Positions 12,401 through 23,900 of a stretch of 64,000 bases of DNA are shown piece after piece. Numbering within the stretch: the first letter of the stretch is position 1; the number at the start of each line of letters is the position of its first letter. Origin of the DNA: an uncultured Planctomycetota bacterium (GTDB lineage: Bacteria > Planctomycetota > Planctomycetia > Isosphaerales > Isosphaeraceae); NCBI GenBank assembly GCA_963737655.1, contig CAVTTN010000002.1, positions 7,539,828 to 7,603,827 of the forward strand, read 5' to 3'. The position numbers were made by a program, and so were the translations under genes. A model generated the notes under the pieces. It was not told where the DNA came from and ran no database searches. It was given only the letters and a program-made list of their open reading frames with translations.

Positions 12401-12858
12401 GATCCCTGGAAGTCCTCGGTCAATCCCTGGAATTGCTCCATCGCGGGATCGTGGCGCCAAGGCTCGCGGCGATGGTCGAGTTCGATCGTCGGGTGGCGGA
12501 GCTCGCCGCGAAGCTCGCCCATCTCCACACCGATGCTCAGATCACCGCATGGCATCGCGAGGCCGCGGCGCTGATTCGGGACCTCGAAAAGGCCGGGATC
12601 GCCGAGGCCGCCGAGCTGGCCGAGGCCCTCAAGGCCGGTGGCTGGAACGGTCGAAATGTCGGCTGGGGCTGGGCCGACGGCATCGACAGCCGAGTGGCCC
12701 CGGGCGGCTACACCAACGCGCTCCGGGCCGTCTCGACCGCGATGAAGGACCAGATCCAGGAGATGATGCTCAAGGACCTCGCCTCCGCTCGCGACGAGGC
12801 CGCGCCGCCCAGGTTCCGAGAAATGATCGATCGCTATTATGAAGTCCTCTCCAAATAG
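9431..12858 (+). CDS. Large membrane-anchored Ig-like/coiled-coil protein (DUF4175-like); frameshift near 10620
   Basis: GTG after AAAGGA; three N-terminal TM segments, PPEYTG, DDFGL, long helical E/A/K-rich region, C-terminal PPRFREMIDRYYEVL; ORFs 8981..10675 and 10672..12858 join with one added base. Confidence 0.75.
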
Positions 12859-12954
12859 GGTGCAGGGAAGGCACCCACCCCCGGATCGGGCCCCGAGCCT
12901 ATCCCCTGGACGATGGCGGACCACCCCGCGAACCCGAGTTGCCCACGCCCCATC

Positions 12955-15424
12955 ATGATCAAAACTTATGTCCAGTGGTCATCGCCGGTCCCCATCGGCC
13001 TGCTCCTGGCCCTGGCCGGTGGGGCGGCGGTCGTCCTGATCCTGCTCGGCCGGATCGCTGGCCGGCCGCTGGCGTCGTCGAGGCGATGGGGCTTGTGGAC
13101 GCTCCGCGCGGCGATCGTGGTCCTGGTCGCCGCAATCCTGGCCAACCCGGTCCGCGTGGAAGAAACGCCCGGCACGGTCGAGCGGCCCCGGGTCGCGTAC
13201 CTGCTGGACACCTCGCAGAGCATGGCCCTGGGCGAGCCCGGACGGACGCGGTGGGACCAGGTCCTCACCACGATCCGCGAGGCCGACCCCTCGCGAGACC
13301 AATCCTCGGGGCCGCGACTGGACCTGTACCGCTTCGGCGATCGACTCTCGGCGATCTCGAATGGGTCCGCCCTGCTCGGGCCGCGAGGGCCGGTCGCCCG
13401 CCCCTCGAGGACGGGGGCGGTGGCCGCGGAGGCCCCGGCCTCCAACGAGCCCCCGCCGGCCCCGACCGACCCCGATACCCGGCTCACCGCGTCGCTCGAA
13501 TCGCTGGCCGACCGCTTCGGCCAGGCTCCGCCCTCGGCCGTCGTCCTCTTCTCGGACGGCCGGGCCCGCGATCCCGCCCGGGCGGAGGCCGTCGCCCGGG
13601 GGTTTGGGCACATGAAAATCCCGATTCATGTCGTCCCCGCCGGAGAGGCGACGAGCGGCGGAGACGTCGCGATCGTCTGCCTCGTGGCGCCCGGCCTGGT
13701 TCGCAAGTCGTCCCGCGTGGGTGTTCAGGTCTTCGTCCGAAGTTTCGGTTACGCGGGCAAGCGCGTGGAATTGAAGCTCTCGGCGATCGGTGCCGACGGC
13801 CGGCCCGGCGCGCCCCTGGCCCCGCCGACCCCCGTGGTCCTCGCCGACGGCCTCTCGCGATATGCGATGACGTTCCCCTCCGGCGAGGAGGACCGCAAGA
13901 TCGTCGCCTGGATCGACCCGCAGCCCGGCGAGGTCGGCCTGGACAACAATCGATTCACGGCCGACGTGGCGATCGATCATACGAAGATCCGCGTCCTCTA
14001 TGTCGAGGGATCGACCGAGCGGATCGTGACGAGGCAGGGCGGGTTCCTCGGGATCGGCGGCCGGGAGGTCGTCAAGGGGGCATATTCGCCCCTTCAAGAG
14101 GCGTTGATGGAAGACCCGGACATCGAATGCACGGCCGTGATCCCCTCGGGCCCCGGTGGCGATTTCTCCGCCTTCCAGAGGAACGACGAGCGTGGCCGGG
14201 GCCTTCCCGAGACTCCGTCCGAGCTGTTCGCCTACGACGCCATCGTCCTCAGCAACGTCCCTCGCGAGGCATTGAGTGACCTGCATTTGCAGTGGATCGA
14301 CGATTGGGTCGCGAAACGAGGTGCAGGGCTGTGCATGATTGGCGGCCCGCTCTCCTTCGGCTCCGGCCGGTGGGCGGAGACGACCGTCGGCCGGATGCTG
14401 CCGATCGACCTTCCCGCGAACGCGCGAGACTGGCGCGAGGCCACGGCGACTCTCAGCCCGGCCGACTCCGGCCCCCTCCACCCGATCTGGCACATCGCGG
14501 CCGACGATTCGGAGAACCGCGCGTCGCGGAAGTCCCTCCCGCCCTTCCTCGGCGCGAATCGGCCGGGTCGCGCGAAGCCCTCGGCCGAGATCCTCGCCAC
14601 CGACGACGGCTCTCCGGCTCTCGCCGTCCAGCCGTTCGGGCGAGGGCGGACGATGGCGATGACGCCGGCCATCACCCGGCGATGGGCCTCCGAATTCCAG
14701 TCCTGGGGGGGCCGACTCCCGATATTACAAGAAGTTCTGGCGCAATGTCGCCTACTGGCTGACCGAGAACTCCTCGATCGGCCGCCGCCGCCTCCTGGCC
14801 GAGACCGACAAGAGGCTCTACCGCCCCGGCGAGCCGATCCGCATCTCGGCCAGGGCCTTCGACGAGAACGCGGCGGCGACGACCGAGTATCGAGTGGCCG
14901 TCTCGGTCGAGCCAAGGACGGCCGCCGACACGGCGTCGGACCTCTCACCGCTGAGGAGGCCGAGGCCCGACCCCGCCTCCGCCTTCCTGCCCTGGGGCGA
15001 GGAGTTCGACCTCTCGAAGCTCTCCCCCGAACGATCGTACGCCGCCGAGCTGACGATCGCCGATTCGAAGGGCCTCCCCCCGGGCGTCTCGCCGTCGGGC
15101 GCGATTCGGATCGAATTGACGGCATATGAAAATCAAACCCAGGTCGACAGCACCGCGCTCGAGGTCCAGGTCCTCGACGACCCGACCGAGCAGCAGGACC
15201 CGACGCCCGACCACGCCCTGTTGCGCAGGATTGCGGACGCCTCCGGCGGCTCGGTCGTGGACGGGCCGAAGGCCCTCGCCCAAATCCTCAACAAGATCCC
15301 GGCCGTCGTCGGCCCGCCCGAGGTCCGCAAGGCCCCCGCCTGGAGCCGACCCGCCCTCCTCGCCCTGCTGATCGGCCTCCTGACCACCGAATGGATCTGG
15401 CGGAGGCGGCTCGGGCTGGCGTGA
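12955..15424 (+). CDS. vWA plus GATase1-like (DUF1355-type) membrane protein; frameshift in the G7 run at 14705-14711
   Basis: LDTSQSM, VVLFSDG, KIRVLYVEG, LFAYDAIVLSNV, GLCMIGGPLSF, then YYKKFWRNVAYWL and C-terminal EWIWRRRLGLA after the shift; alternative start 12913. Confidence 0.8.
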
Positions 15425-16157
15425 AACGATTCGCGGGCGTCTTGGAGAAGACCACCCGAAAAACCACCAAGGATCACCCCGAGGTCACGAAAAGCACGGA
15501 GGAAGACGCAATAGAGGCGGCAGATTTCAGGTATTTTAGCGCCTTTTCTCGTGTTTTTATGGTCGGATGTTGAGCTTGTTGGAGTTCTCATGCGAGCACT
15601 TCATGGCGCCTTCCTCGACGGATCGCTCACGGCCCTTCCTGACCCCCTAGCCGGCGACTCCTGCTTCTCCCAAGCTTGGATGCCAAAACTGTGTACTCCT
15701 AATTGAAATTATTGATCCCGATCCGAATGAGAAGTGCGGATCCTTCCCCCGAACGGAAATGCGTCAGGTTCTATAAATCCGGAAAAATACGAGCAATTCA
15801 GAATTGTTGGAAAGTTGACTACAGTTGACAACACTTTTCCTCCGAAATCGTCGGAATGGGCGGTTTTTCCAGCGAATCGGCCATGCCAGTCACTCGTGCG
15901 CGCCGATGGTTCTACATTCATAAATTCCACGATTCGCGAGAAGCAAGTTCCTGGGGGATTGGGACTTGCGAAACCGTCCCGATCGCGCCTCGGGCCGGTG
16001 GGCGCGTCCGAAAAACTCGACACCGTGCCCGGTCCGGCGAGCATCAACGCATTTGAGCAGGCCGATGGAGGCGCCGCCTCGCCGATTTCGGGCGATCGCT
16101 CGGGGGCCGGGTCCGCGATGATGTTCGGTCCGGTCCGCCGTCGTGGGGGCCGCCGAG

Positions 16158-17888
16158 CTATTTCTTGACGTCCTTCCGGGCGGCCGTCGTCGCGGCCGAG
16201 GCCTCCGTGGCATCAATCAACCCGTCACCGTCCGCGTCGAGCGCCTCGAATTGCGCCTTCGAGCCCAGGAATTCGCGGCTCGAAAGGTCGCCGTCGCGGT
16301 TGCGGTCCATCCGGCGGAACCAGCTCGGGCCATTTCCGACCCCGCCCGCCCTCGGCCCGTCCATCGGCCGGTCGACCACCGGCCCGGCAATATTGCCCAT
16401 CCCCACCAGAGACCCCCGGCCCAGGGTCAGGCCGAAGTGGTGCGGGATCTCGTCCGAGGAGACCTTGCCATCGCCGTTCCGGTCCCACGAGGAGACCCGA
16501 TCGATGGTCCCCCGAAGCTCGCGCAGGCCGAGCCGGCGGTCGCGGTTCAGGTCAAGAATCGCGAAGATGGCCCGGCCCTGGTCGGCCGTGGTCAGAAGCA
16601 GGCGGCTCCTCGCGGCCTCGGTTTGCTTCTCCACAAATCCCGTCAGCTCCTTGAGATACACCTTGCCATCGGCGTCGCGATCGAGGACGTCGAACAGGCC
16701 GGCGAGCGAGGAAGGGTGGTCTTTGTCCTTCATCATCTCGCTCTTTTCGAGATATCCATTATTATCGGAATCGGCCTGGTCGAACGCGGCGACGAACGAG
16801 GCGAGGGCGGCCTCGGCGGCCCGGGCGCCGTCGTCCACGTGCACTTCCAGGCGGACCTCATCGACCGCGATCTCCACGTCTCCGCCGCCGAGTTGCTTGA
16901 CGATCACCTTGGCGGGCAACGTATCTCCCGAGCCCGAAGGCCCCCGGACTGCGACCGTGGCCGCCCCGGCCGCGTCGGCCGAGAGCGCCACGGCGAGCAC
17001 CAGATCGGGCGCGCTGGCGGCGAGGAATCGGCGAAGTTCCTCGATGTCGAGCCGGCCGTCGGCGTCCGCGTCGGCCTTCTGGAACCGCGCCGGTTCGATC
17101 CCGAACTCGCTGCGGGCCAATCGATTATCGCCGGCCACGGCGCCGTCGGAAGCACCTCGATCGTACCGTTTCATCAAGAGCCGGACGGGCCGGAGCGTGG
17201 CATCCTCGCGGTCGATCTCCAGGACCGGAGGCACCGCCGAGAACCGGGCCCGGCGGGTCGAGGGGTCTTCGGCTCCCATCATGGTCGGGTCGGCGAACGG
17301 CTCAAGCTCCGCCTCGTCCACCAACTCGTCGTCATCGAGGTCCAGCTTGAGGAGACCGGCGCCGTCCTTCATTTCCGCCGGGATCAGGACTCCGTCCTTG
17401 TCCCCGTCGAGTTGATCGAACAGGGCGTCCGTCTTGCCTCCCGAGACCTTGCCGACCTCCACGCGGAAGGGACCGAGGGCCGTCCGCAGTGCCTCCGCCA
17501 GCTCGTCGAGCGAGACCTTGCCGTCCTTCGGATGCATGTCGAGCTCGGTCCGGGGCAGGGCGGTGGCGGAGCCGTTGGCGACCCGGACGATGGTGGCGAG
17601 TGCCGACCGATCCGCCTCCTCTTTCGTGACCGTCCCGTCGCCGTCGCGATCGAGATAGGCGTGCAAAGTCTTCACCGAGTCCATCCAGGCCGACCGGAAC
17701 GGACGATCGCCGAGCGTGACCTCCAGCCGGAGGAAGATGGGCCGGTTGTCGCCCAGGAAGATCAGGTCCTGGACCGAATCGCCCGAGGCGGGTCGCGCCA
17801 TCGCGGGCGGGGACTTCGGCGTTGGCTTGTCCGCCGCAAATGCCGGGCAGGTCAGCAGTAGCGTCAGGAATGCGATGCCGCGTTTCAT
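16158..17888 (-). CDS. Secreted multi-EF-hand Ca2+-binding protein
   Basis: Signal peptide MKRGIAFLTLLLTCPAFAA; about 11 DxD/NxDG loops (DRDGDGTVTKEE, DSDNNGYLEKSE, DRNRDGDLSSRE and others); ATGA overlap with the DUF1501 stop. Confidence 0.88.
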   Translation of the reverse strand: MKRGIAFLTLLLTCPAFAADKPTPKSPPAMARPASGDSVQDLIFLGDNRPIFLRLEVTLGDRPFRSAWMDSVKTLHAYLDRDGDGTVTKEEADRSALATIVRVANGSATALPRTELDMHPKDGKVSLDELAEALRTALGPFRVEVGKVSGGKTDALFDQLDGDKDGVLIPAEMKDGAGLLKLDLDDDELVDEAELEPFADPTMMGAEDPSTRRARFSAVPPVLEIDREDATLRPVRLLMKRYDRGASDGAVAGDNRLARSEFGIEPARFQKADADADGRLDIEELRRFLAASAPDLVLAVALSADAAGAATVAVRGPSGSGDTLPAKVIVKQLGGGDVEIAVDEVRLEVHVDDGARAAEAALASFVAAFDQADSDNNGYLEKSEMMKDKDHPSSLAGLFDVLDRDADGKVYLKELTGFVEKQTEAARSRLLLTTADQGRAIFAILDLNRDRRLGLRELRGTIDRVSSWDRNGDGKVSSDEIPHHFGLTLGRGSLVGMGNIAGPVVDRPMDGPRAGGVGNGPSWFRRMDRNRDGDLSSREFLGSKAQFEALDADGDGLIDATEASAATTAARKDVKK

Positions 17889-19225
17889 CCCAGGACCTCC
17901 TGGATCGCCGTGGCCTTGGGATCGACGATGCGGATCGGGCGGCCCACGTCCGAGATGTTCTGCTTGCCCGGGTCGATCCCCAGGACGCGACAGACCGTGG
18001 CCAGGAAGTCGGGTACCGTCACCGGCCGATCCTTGACCGCCATGCCGTCGGGCCCGGTATTGCCGATCGCCTGGCCCCCCCGGATTCCCCCGCCCGCCAG
18101 GACCGTGGACCACGCCGTGGGGAAGTGGTCGCGGCCGGCATCCTTGTTGATCTTCGGGGTCCGCCCGAACTCTCCCATCCACACAATCAGGGTCGAATCG
18201 AGGAGACCTCGCGACCGAAGGTCGCTCATGAGGGTTCCCCAGGCCGGGTCGAGCGTCCCGCACAGGGCCTTCACGGCGTCGAAGTTCTTCTGGTGGGAGT
18301 CCCAGCCGAATACGGTCGAGCCCTGGGCGGCCGAGAGCGTGACCTCGATGAACGGAACGCCTCGCTCGACCAGCCTCCGGGCGAGCAAACACCCCTGACC
18401 AAAAGAGTTGCGTCCGTACGCATCGCGGACCGCCGCCGGTTCCTCCTCCAGCTCGAACGCCTTCGCGGCCGGCGACCTCATCATCTTCACGGCCCGGAGG
18501 TAGGCGTCCTGATGGCTCAAGGGGGCGGCCCCGGGATGGGTCGCGAGGAAGTCTTTTGAGAGCGAAGACATCAGGTTCAGCCGGGAGTCCGCGCGGTTCG
18601 CCGTAACTCCCGGAGGCGGGTTGAGGTCCTCCACCCTCAATGAAAGCTTCGAACCCTCCGAATCTCCCAGGACCCCCCGTTCTCCCACGATCAAGGGCGC
18701 ATATTGCGGACCCAGGAACCCCGAGCTGAACGCAGCCGGGTTGAACGCCCGGAACGGCGAAACGCTGACGAATCCGGGAAGCTCGGCCGATTCGTCGGCA
18801 AACTCCTTCGCCACCAGAGAGCCAAATGTCGGGTAGTGGATCGGTCCGGTCGGCTGATAGCCGGTCCGAAGGTTGAACGTGGCCCGGCCATGGTCACCTT
18901 CCTTCGTGCTCATCGATCGGACGATCGCCAGATCTTTCATCTGGGCCGCCAGTTGCGGCAAGTGTTCCCCGATCGAGATCCCCGGAACCGCCGTGGCCAG
19001 GGGCTGGAATGGCCCATTATGGGCATGGCCCGGCTTGGGGTCGAACGTGTCGATCTGGCTCGGCCCGCCCGACATCCACAGGAGGATGCATGACTTCCGC
19101 CGTTTCGGGTCGGCCGCCGCATGGGCCGCCAGGGTCTCAATCCACCCCGAAGCCGAGGCACCGATCGCCCCGGCCGAGGCCAGTCGCAGCCATTGCCGAC
19201 GAGTCAGGCGGTCCGATCGGTCCAT
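17885..19225 (-). CDS. DUF1501 family protein (Tat-like signal)
   Basis: TRRQWL, ILLWMSGGPSQIDTFDPKP, FGQGCLLARRLVERGV, GEFGRTPKIN, GRDHF. Confidence 0.93.
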   Translation of the reverse strand: MDRSDRLTRRQWLRLASAGAIGASASGWIETLAAHAAADPKRRKSCILLWMSGGPSQIDTFDPKPGHAHNGPFQPLATAVPGISIGEHLPQLAAQMKDLAIVRSMSTKEGDHGRATFNLRTGYQPTGPIHYPTFGSLVAKEFADESAELPGFVSVSPFRAFNPAAFSSGFLGPQYAPLIVGERGVLGDSEGSKLSLRVEDLNPPPGVTANRADSRLNLMSSLSKDFLATHPGAAPLSHQDAYLRAVKMMRSPAAKAFELEEEPAAVRDAYGRNSFGQGCLLARRLVERGVPFIEVTLSAAQGSTVFGWDSHQKNFDAVKALCGTLDPAWGTLMSDLRSRGLLDSTLIVWMGEFGRTPKINKDAGRDHFPTAWSTVLAGGGIRGGQAIGNTGPDGMAVKDRPVTVPDFLATVCRVLGIDPGKQNISDVGRPIRIVDPKATAIQEVLG

Positions 19226-19299
19226 GACAACCTCGTAGAGTGCATGAAGTGCACCGTCTGGGGAAGAGACGTAGAATTCCGGGGGCTCGTTGGAAGTGA

Positions 19300-20910
19300 T
19301 CAATGATTATGCTTAAATTCCGGGCCATTCAGCAGGGCCCAGAACACGTCCGCCAGCGCCGCCGAAAGTTCGGTCGGCGTTCCAGCCTTCTCGACGTACG
19401 CACTCAGGAAACGCAGCTCGTCCGGGGAAGGCCGGCGAGTCAGGGCGGCGAGGTAAAGGGCCTCGATCCGACCTGGCGTGTCAAGATAGGGTGCCTCGGC
19501 GATCGCCGCGAGCGTGTCGCCCGTCTCCGGGTTAGTCGCCCCGGCGACGATCTGCCCGTTCATGAGCGTAAGGGCCTGGAGAATCGACGTTTGCGCCTCG
19601 GTTGGCTTCTCGTCGCGGTTGGCGAAGAGTTCCAGGAATCGCCCCCTGGCATCGCCTCCATAGCTCATCCCGCCCTCGCCGCTTCGATAGCCCGTGGCCT
19701 GGGCCAGACTCTCGAAAAGCTGGCCGGGCGAGAGGCCCCGGACGGTCATGGCCGAGAACAGGGCCGGGGGAGATGGGTCGGGCCGATCAACCCGGCTGGT
19801 CAGGCCGTAGGCGCGGGTTGCGGTGATGGCGCGGATCAGGTATTTCAGGTCATAATCATGGGCGACGAACTGGCGAGCCAGGGAATCCAGAAGCTCCGGG
19901 TGGGCGGCCTCGTTATCGGCGCCCATGTCATCGACGGGATCGACCAGACCCACGCCGAAAAACCTGGCCCAGACTCGGTTTACGGCGGCTCGGGCGAAAT
20001 ACGGATTGGTCGGCGACGTGATCCACTCGGCCAGAACGTCCCGCCCCTCCACCCGCGGCCGCCATAGGGGCTCGATGCCATCAAGATGGGTGGCCTGCAC
20101 AATTCGCGTGGTTCCAGGGATCGTCAATTCTTTCCGACCGGAGACCTCGCGAATCGCGCCGGGATTGTCGTCGGTCCCTTGCCTCTGAACCCCCGCGAAA
20201 AACGCCGCAAACCCCCAGAACTCCTCACGTTTCCACTTCGCGAACGGATGGTCGTGGCATTGGGCGCACTCGAGGCGGATGCCGAGGAAGACGCGCGAGG
20301 CCCCGGCGGCGAGGTTCTCCGGCTTCCCTTCCTTGGCGGTGTAGAACGCGACGGGAGTCGCCTCGATCCGGCGATCAGTTCCGGAAGTTATTCGCCCACC
20401 GAGTTTTGCGGTCAGGACTTCCTTGACGATGTCGTCGTAACCGGCCTCCTCGATCACCTTCTTTCGCAACCAGGCTTCGAACGGCCACGAGGCGAAGCGA
20501 GCCTGGCCATCGGTGTCGGCCTCGGGCAAGAGCAACTGCCGCCAGAGTTCGACCGCGCGAGCCGAGTAGGCCGGACTCGCGAGGAGCCGCTCGACGAGGA
20601 TCCGCCGCTTATCGGGGCTGGGGTCGTCGAGGAAATCGCGGGCCTGGGCCGCCGTGGGGATCTTGCCCACGAGATCCAGGCTCACGCGTCGGAGATACTC
20701 CGCATCATCGGCCGGGCCAACCGGCCTGAGCTTGGATTCCGCCCATTTTGCCGAGAGCATGCGGTCAATCAGGGCCGTGAGTTCGGCCGAGTCGCGGGAC
20801 GTTCGGGCCGGGTCGACGCCCTTCTTCCGGGCATCGGCCGACCGGGCCGGTTTCGGGGCGATCAAGACGGCCAGGATGGCGGCAACGAGCCCGAGGCGAC
20901 GTGTTCGCAT
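19300..20910 (-). CDS. DUF1549/DUF1553 planctomycete cytochrome-like protein
   Basis: YLRRVSLDLVGKIPT, FLGIRLECAQCHDHPF (CxxCH), NPYFARAAVNRVW, QALTLMNG, WALLNGPEF. Confidence 0.93.
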   Translation of the reverse strand: MRTRRLGLVAAILAVLIAPKPARSADARKKGVDPARTSRDSAELTALIDRMLSAKWAESKLRPVGPADDAEYLRRVSLDLVGKIPTAAQARDFLDDPSPDKRRILVERLLASPAYSARAVELWRQLLLPEADTDGQARFASWPFEAWLRKKVIEEAGYDDIVKEVLTAKLGGRITSGTDRRIEATPVAFYTAKEGKPENLAAGASRVFLGIRLECAQCHDHPFAKWKREEFWGFAAFFAGVQRQGTDDNPGAIREVSGRKELTIPGTTRIVQATHLDGIEPLWRPRVEGRDVLAEWITSPTNPYFARAAVNRVWARFFGVGLVDPVDDMGADNEAAHPELLDSLARQFVAHDYDLKYLIRAITATRAYGLTSRVDRPDPSPPALFSAMTVRGLSPGQLFESLAQATGYRSGEGGMSYGGDARGRFLELFANRDEKPTEAQTSILQALTLMNGQIVAGATNPETGDTLAAIAEAPYLDTPGRIEALYLAALTRRPSPDELRFLSAYVEKAGTPTELSAALADVFWALLNGPEFKHNH

Positions 20911-20937
20911 GACCGCTTTCCTCCCTCGAAAATCCTG

Positions 20938-23900
20938 TCACCGTAACGATTTCCGACCTGAGATTCCCCCCAGGCCGGGCACGTCCCAGAGCTTGGCCGT
21001 GCCGTCGAGCGACCCGGTCGCGATCGTCCATCCATCCGATGAACAGGCCAATCCGAAGACCGCGCGTGAATGACCCACCAATCTTGCCCGTTCCCCGCCG
21101 GTTTCCAGGTCGAACAAGGTAACGCAACCATCCCCACGGCCCGCCACCGCCAGGATTCTCCCATCTGCCGCAATTCCCAGGGCCCGGACCGCGGCCGGAA
21201 AGCCGCCGAGGGTCAGCTTCGCTCGCCCCTCAGCCAGGTTCCAGAGCCGGGCCGTCGCATCGTGCCCTCCGCTGGCCAGGATGCGTCCGTCCGGCGAGAA
21301 GGCGAGCGTCAGGACCGAACCCGCATGACCCACGAGATCCGCAACCTCAGTCCTGGAATCGACTTCGAAAACCTTAATTTCACCAAAGGCATCCTTGCGT
21401 CCATCCCGGCCCCCGCCACCGGTTGCTATCAGCCGCCCATCAGGGCTAAAAGCCACAGCATGGAGCGAACCGCGAAACTGGTGGAGATGGGCGATTTCGG
21501 TTCGCTGGGCAATCTTCCAGAGCGACAGGACCCGATCTTCGCCGGCCGAGGCGAGGAGAGTCCCATCGGGCGAAAAAGCAAGGCTCGTCGCCCCTTCGGT
21601 CGCCGCAAGTTCCCCGTCGGGAGCGCCATCGGCGACTTTCCAGAGCCGGATCGTTCGATCCCAACTGCCAGAAGCCAAAGACTTTCCGTCGGGTGAAAAG
21701 ACGAGCGAGGAGACCCCCCGCGCGTGCCCAACGAGCGTGGCGCGGACTTTTCGGGTCGCCAGGTCCCACAGGACGATGTCGCCCGGGGCGTCATAGGCCA
21801 CGGCCCCGACGGCAAGAATGGTGCCATCCGGCGAAAATGCGGTTGGGCCGAGGCATCCGAGGTCGCCCTTGAGGCTCGCCCGAGGGGATTCCCGCCGAGC
21901 ACCCAGGTTCCAGAGCCGAACCGTTCCATCGCGACTCGCCGAGGCGAGGGTCCGGCCATCCGGGGCGAACGCCACCGAGGCCACGAGGTCGCCGTGCCCC
22001 TTGAGGGTGGCGAGCTTCCGGCCCGAAGCCACCTCCCAGAGAAGCAAATCGCCGCAAGCCTGTCCTGCGACAAGGAATCGGCCGTTTGGACTGTATGCCG
22101 AGCACGTTGCGTCGGCCGCTTTCCACCCGTTCTTCTCAACGAATGTCCCAGGGTCCCATAGATGGATATGTCCGTCCCCGCCGCATGAGGCGATCGACCG
22201 GCCGTCGGGCGAGTAGGAGACGCTGGCGATGGCTCCGGCCCGGCTTACGAACGAACCGAGCCGCTCGCCGGTCTGGAGCCGGTAGAGTACCACGGAACCT
22301 GCCTCGTTCTCCGGCCGATCTCCTGTGGCAATCGCCAGTTGCGTCGAGTCTGGTGAAAATGCGACGGCGGCGACGGTCGTGGATTGCCGGAAAGATTCTC
22401 GCGGTCGACCAGGCGTCGTCCAGTCCCAGACGAACACCTCGCCATCTGCCCCGCCCGAAGCGAGCAGGCGCCCATCCGAACTGAATGCGAGTGATCGGAC
22501 TGAACCCCTGTGTCGTTCAAGGTTTGCAACGACCTGTCCATCATCCGACCGGACGAGCCGCACCGTCCCGCTTTCGCCTCCGACGGCCAGGGTCGAGCCG
22601 TCGGGAGAAACCGCCATGACCGGCCCTCCCACGGCGAGCGGCTTGCCGAGGACCAGGCCGGTCGATGGATCGTAAATCGTGATGGAATCGCACTTTCCGG
22701 CGACGAAGACGCGGCGACCGTCCGACGAGAAGGCGACCGAACGGGCCTCGTTGGGAAAGTTCAGGATCGAGGCGGCCGAGAGGATCGGCGAGGCCGGCTC
22801 CCAGAGCCGGACTGTCCCATCATAACCTGCGGATGCAAGTTGGCGTGCCCCGGCGCGAAGCTCAGCGACGCAACACCTTCGCCGTGGCCGGTTAACGTGG
22901 TTCGTTCGCGGCCGGTCCGTACGTCCCAGAGCTTGATCGACGCGTCCAGGCTCCCGCTGGCCAGGGTCTCGCCGCCCGGGGAGAAGGCAAGAGACAGAAC
23001 CATATCCTGATGACCCGTGAGAGCCACCCGTTCTCGTCCCGTCCTGAGGTCCCAGAGACGGACCTCGCCGTCCTCGCCGGCCGAGGCCAGGGTCCGGCCG
23101 TCCGGGGCGAAGCGGACCGCTCGAATGGTGCCCGAGTGTCCCTGGAACCTGATCTTCTCACAGGACTTACGCCAATCCCATAGGATCACCGCTCGGTCGG
23201 CGCCGGCGGAGGCCACGGTTGATCCGTCCGGCCCGAACGCGACCGAGCGGACGGCCGAGGTATGGCCGGTGAGGATCGACAGCGGCGTCCCCGTGGCGGA
23301 GTCCCAGAGGCGGATCGTCCGGTCCGAGCCGGCCGAGGCGATCGTCTTGCCGTCCTGACTCACGGCCACGGCGAACACCCAGTTCGAATGGCCCTCCAGC
23401 GTGCGGACGGGTCGGCCGTCGAGGCTGCTCCAGATTCGGATGGAGCGATCGTAACCTCCAGAGACAACATGATTTCCGTCGGGAAGAAAAGCCAGGGACG
23501 TGATGGTGTCCTCGCCCGGGATGCGGACCTGGAGAGTCCCGGTCCTGGCGTCCCGAATGATGATGGAATGATCCTCGCCGGCCGTCGCCAGGAGGCGGCC
23601 ATCGGGCGAATAGGCGACCGCCAGGACGGGCATGCGGGCGAAGCCGGCCGAGGCGACCCGGTCGTCGTGAAGGAACGTGGAACCGGCCGAGAAGAGGCGA
23701 GGCTCGTCTTCCGTGGTAAGTCCAATCGGAGCGGGGGTTTGAGACTCGGCGACGGCCTTGCGAGGGCGTCCGTACGGCAGGACGATCAGTGCGAGGATGA
23801 GCAGGCCCGCCAGCGCCCGGCCCGAGAGTCGATCGTGGATCGTCCGACGGTTGTCCAGGATGCGGAGAAGCCGCCGACGGATCAGCATTCGTGATTCGAA

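Noticed and set aside
15709..16216. ORFs 15734..16168, 15709..16047 and 15890..16216 as genes
   Set aside because: No RBS, atypical composition, no motifs, mutually overlapping
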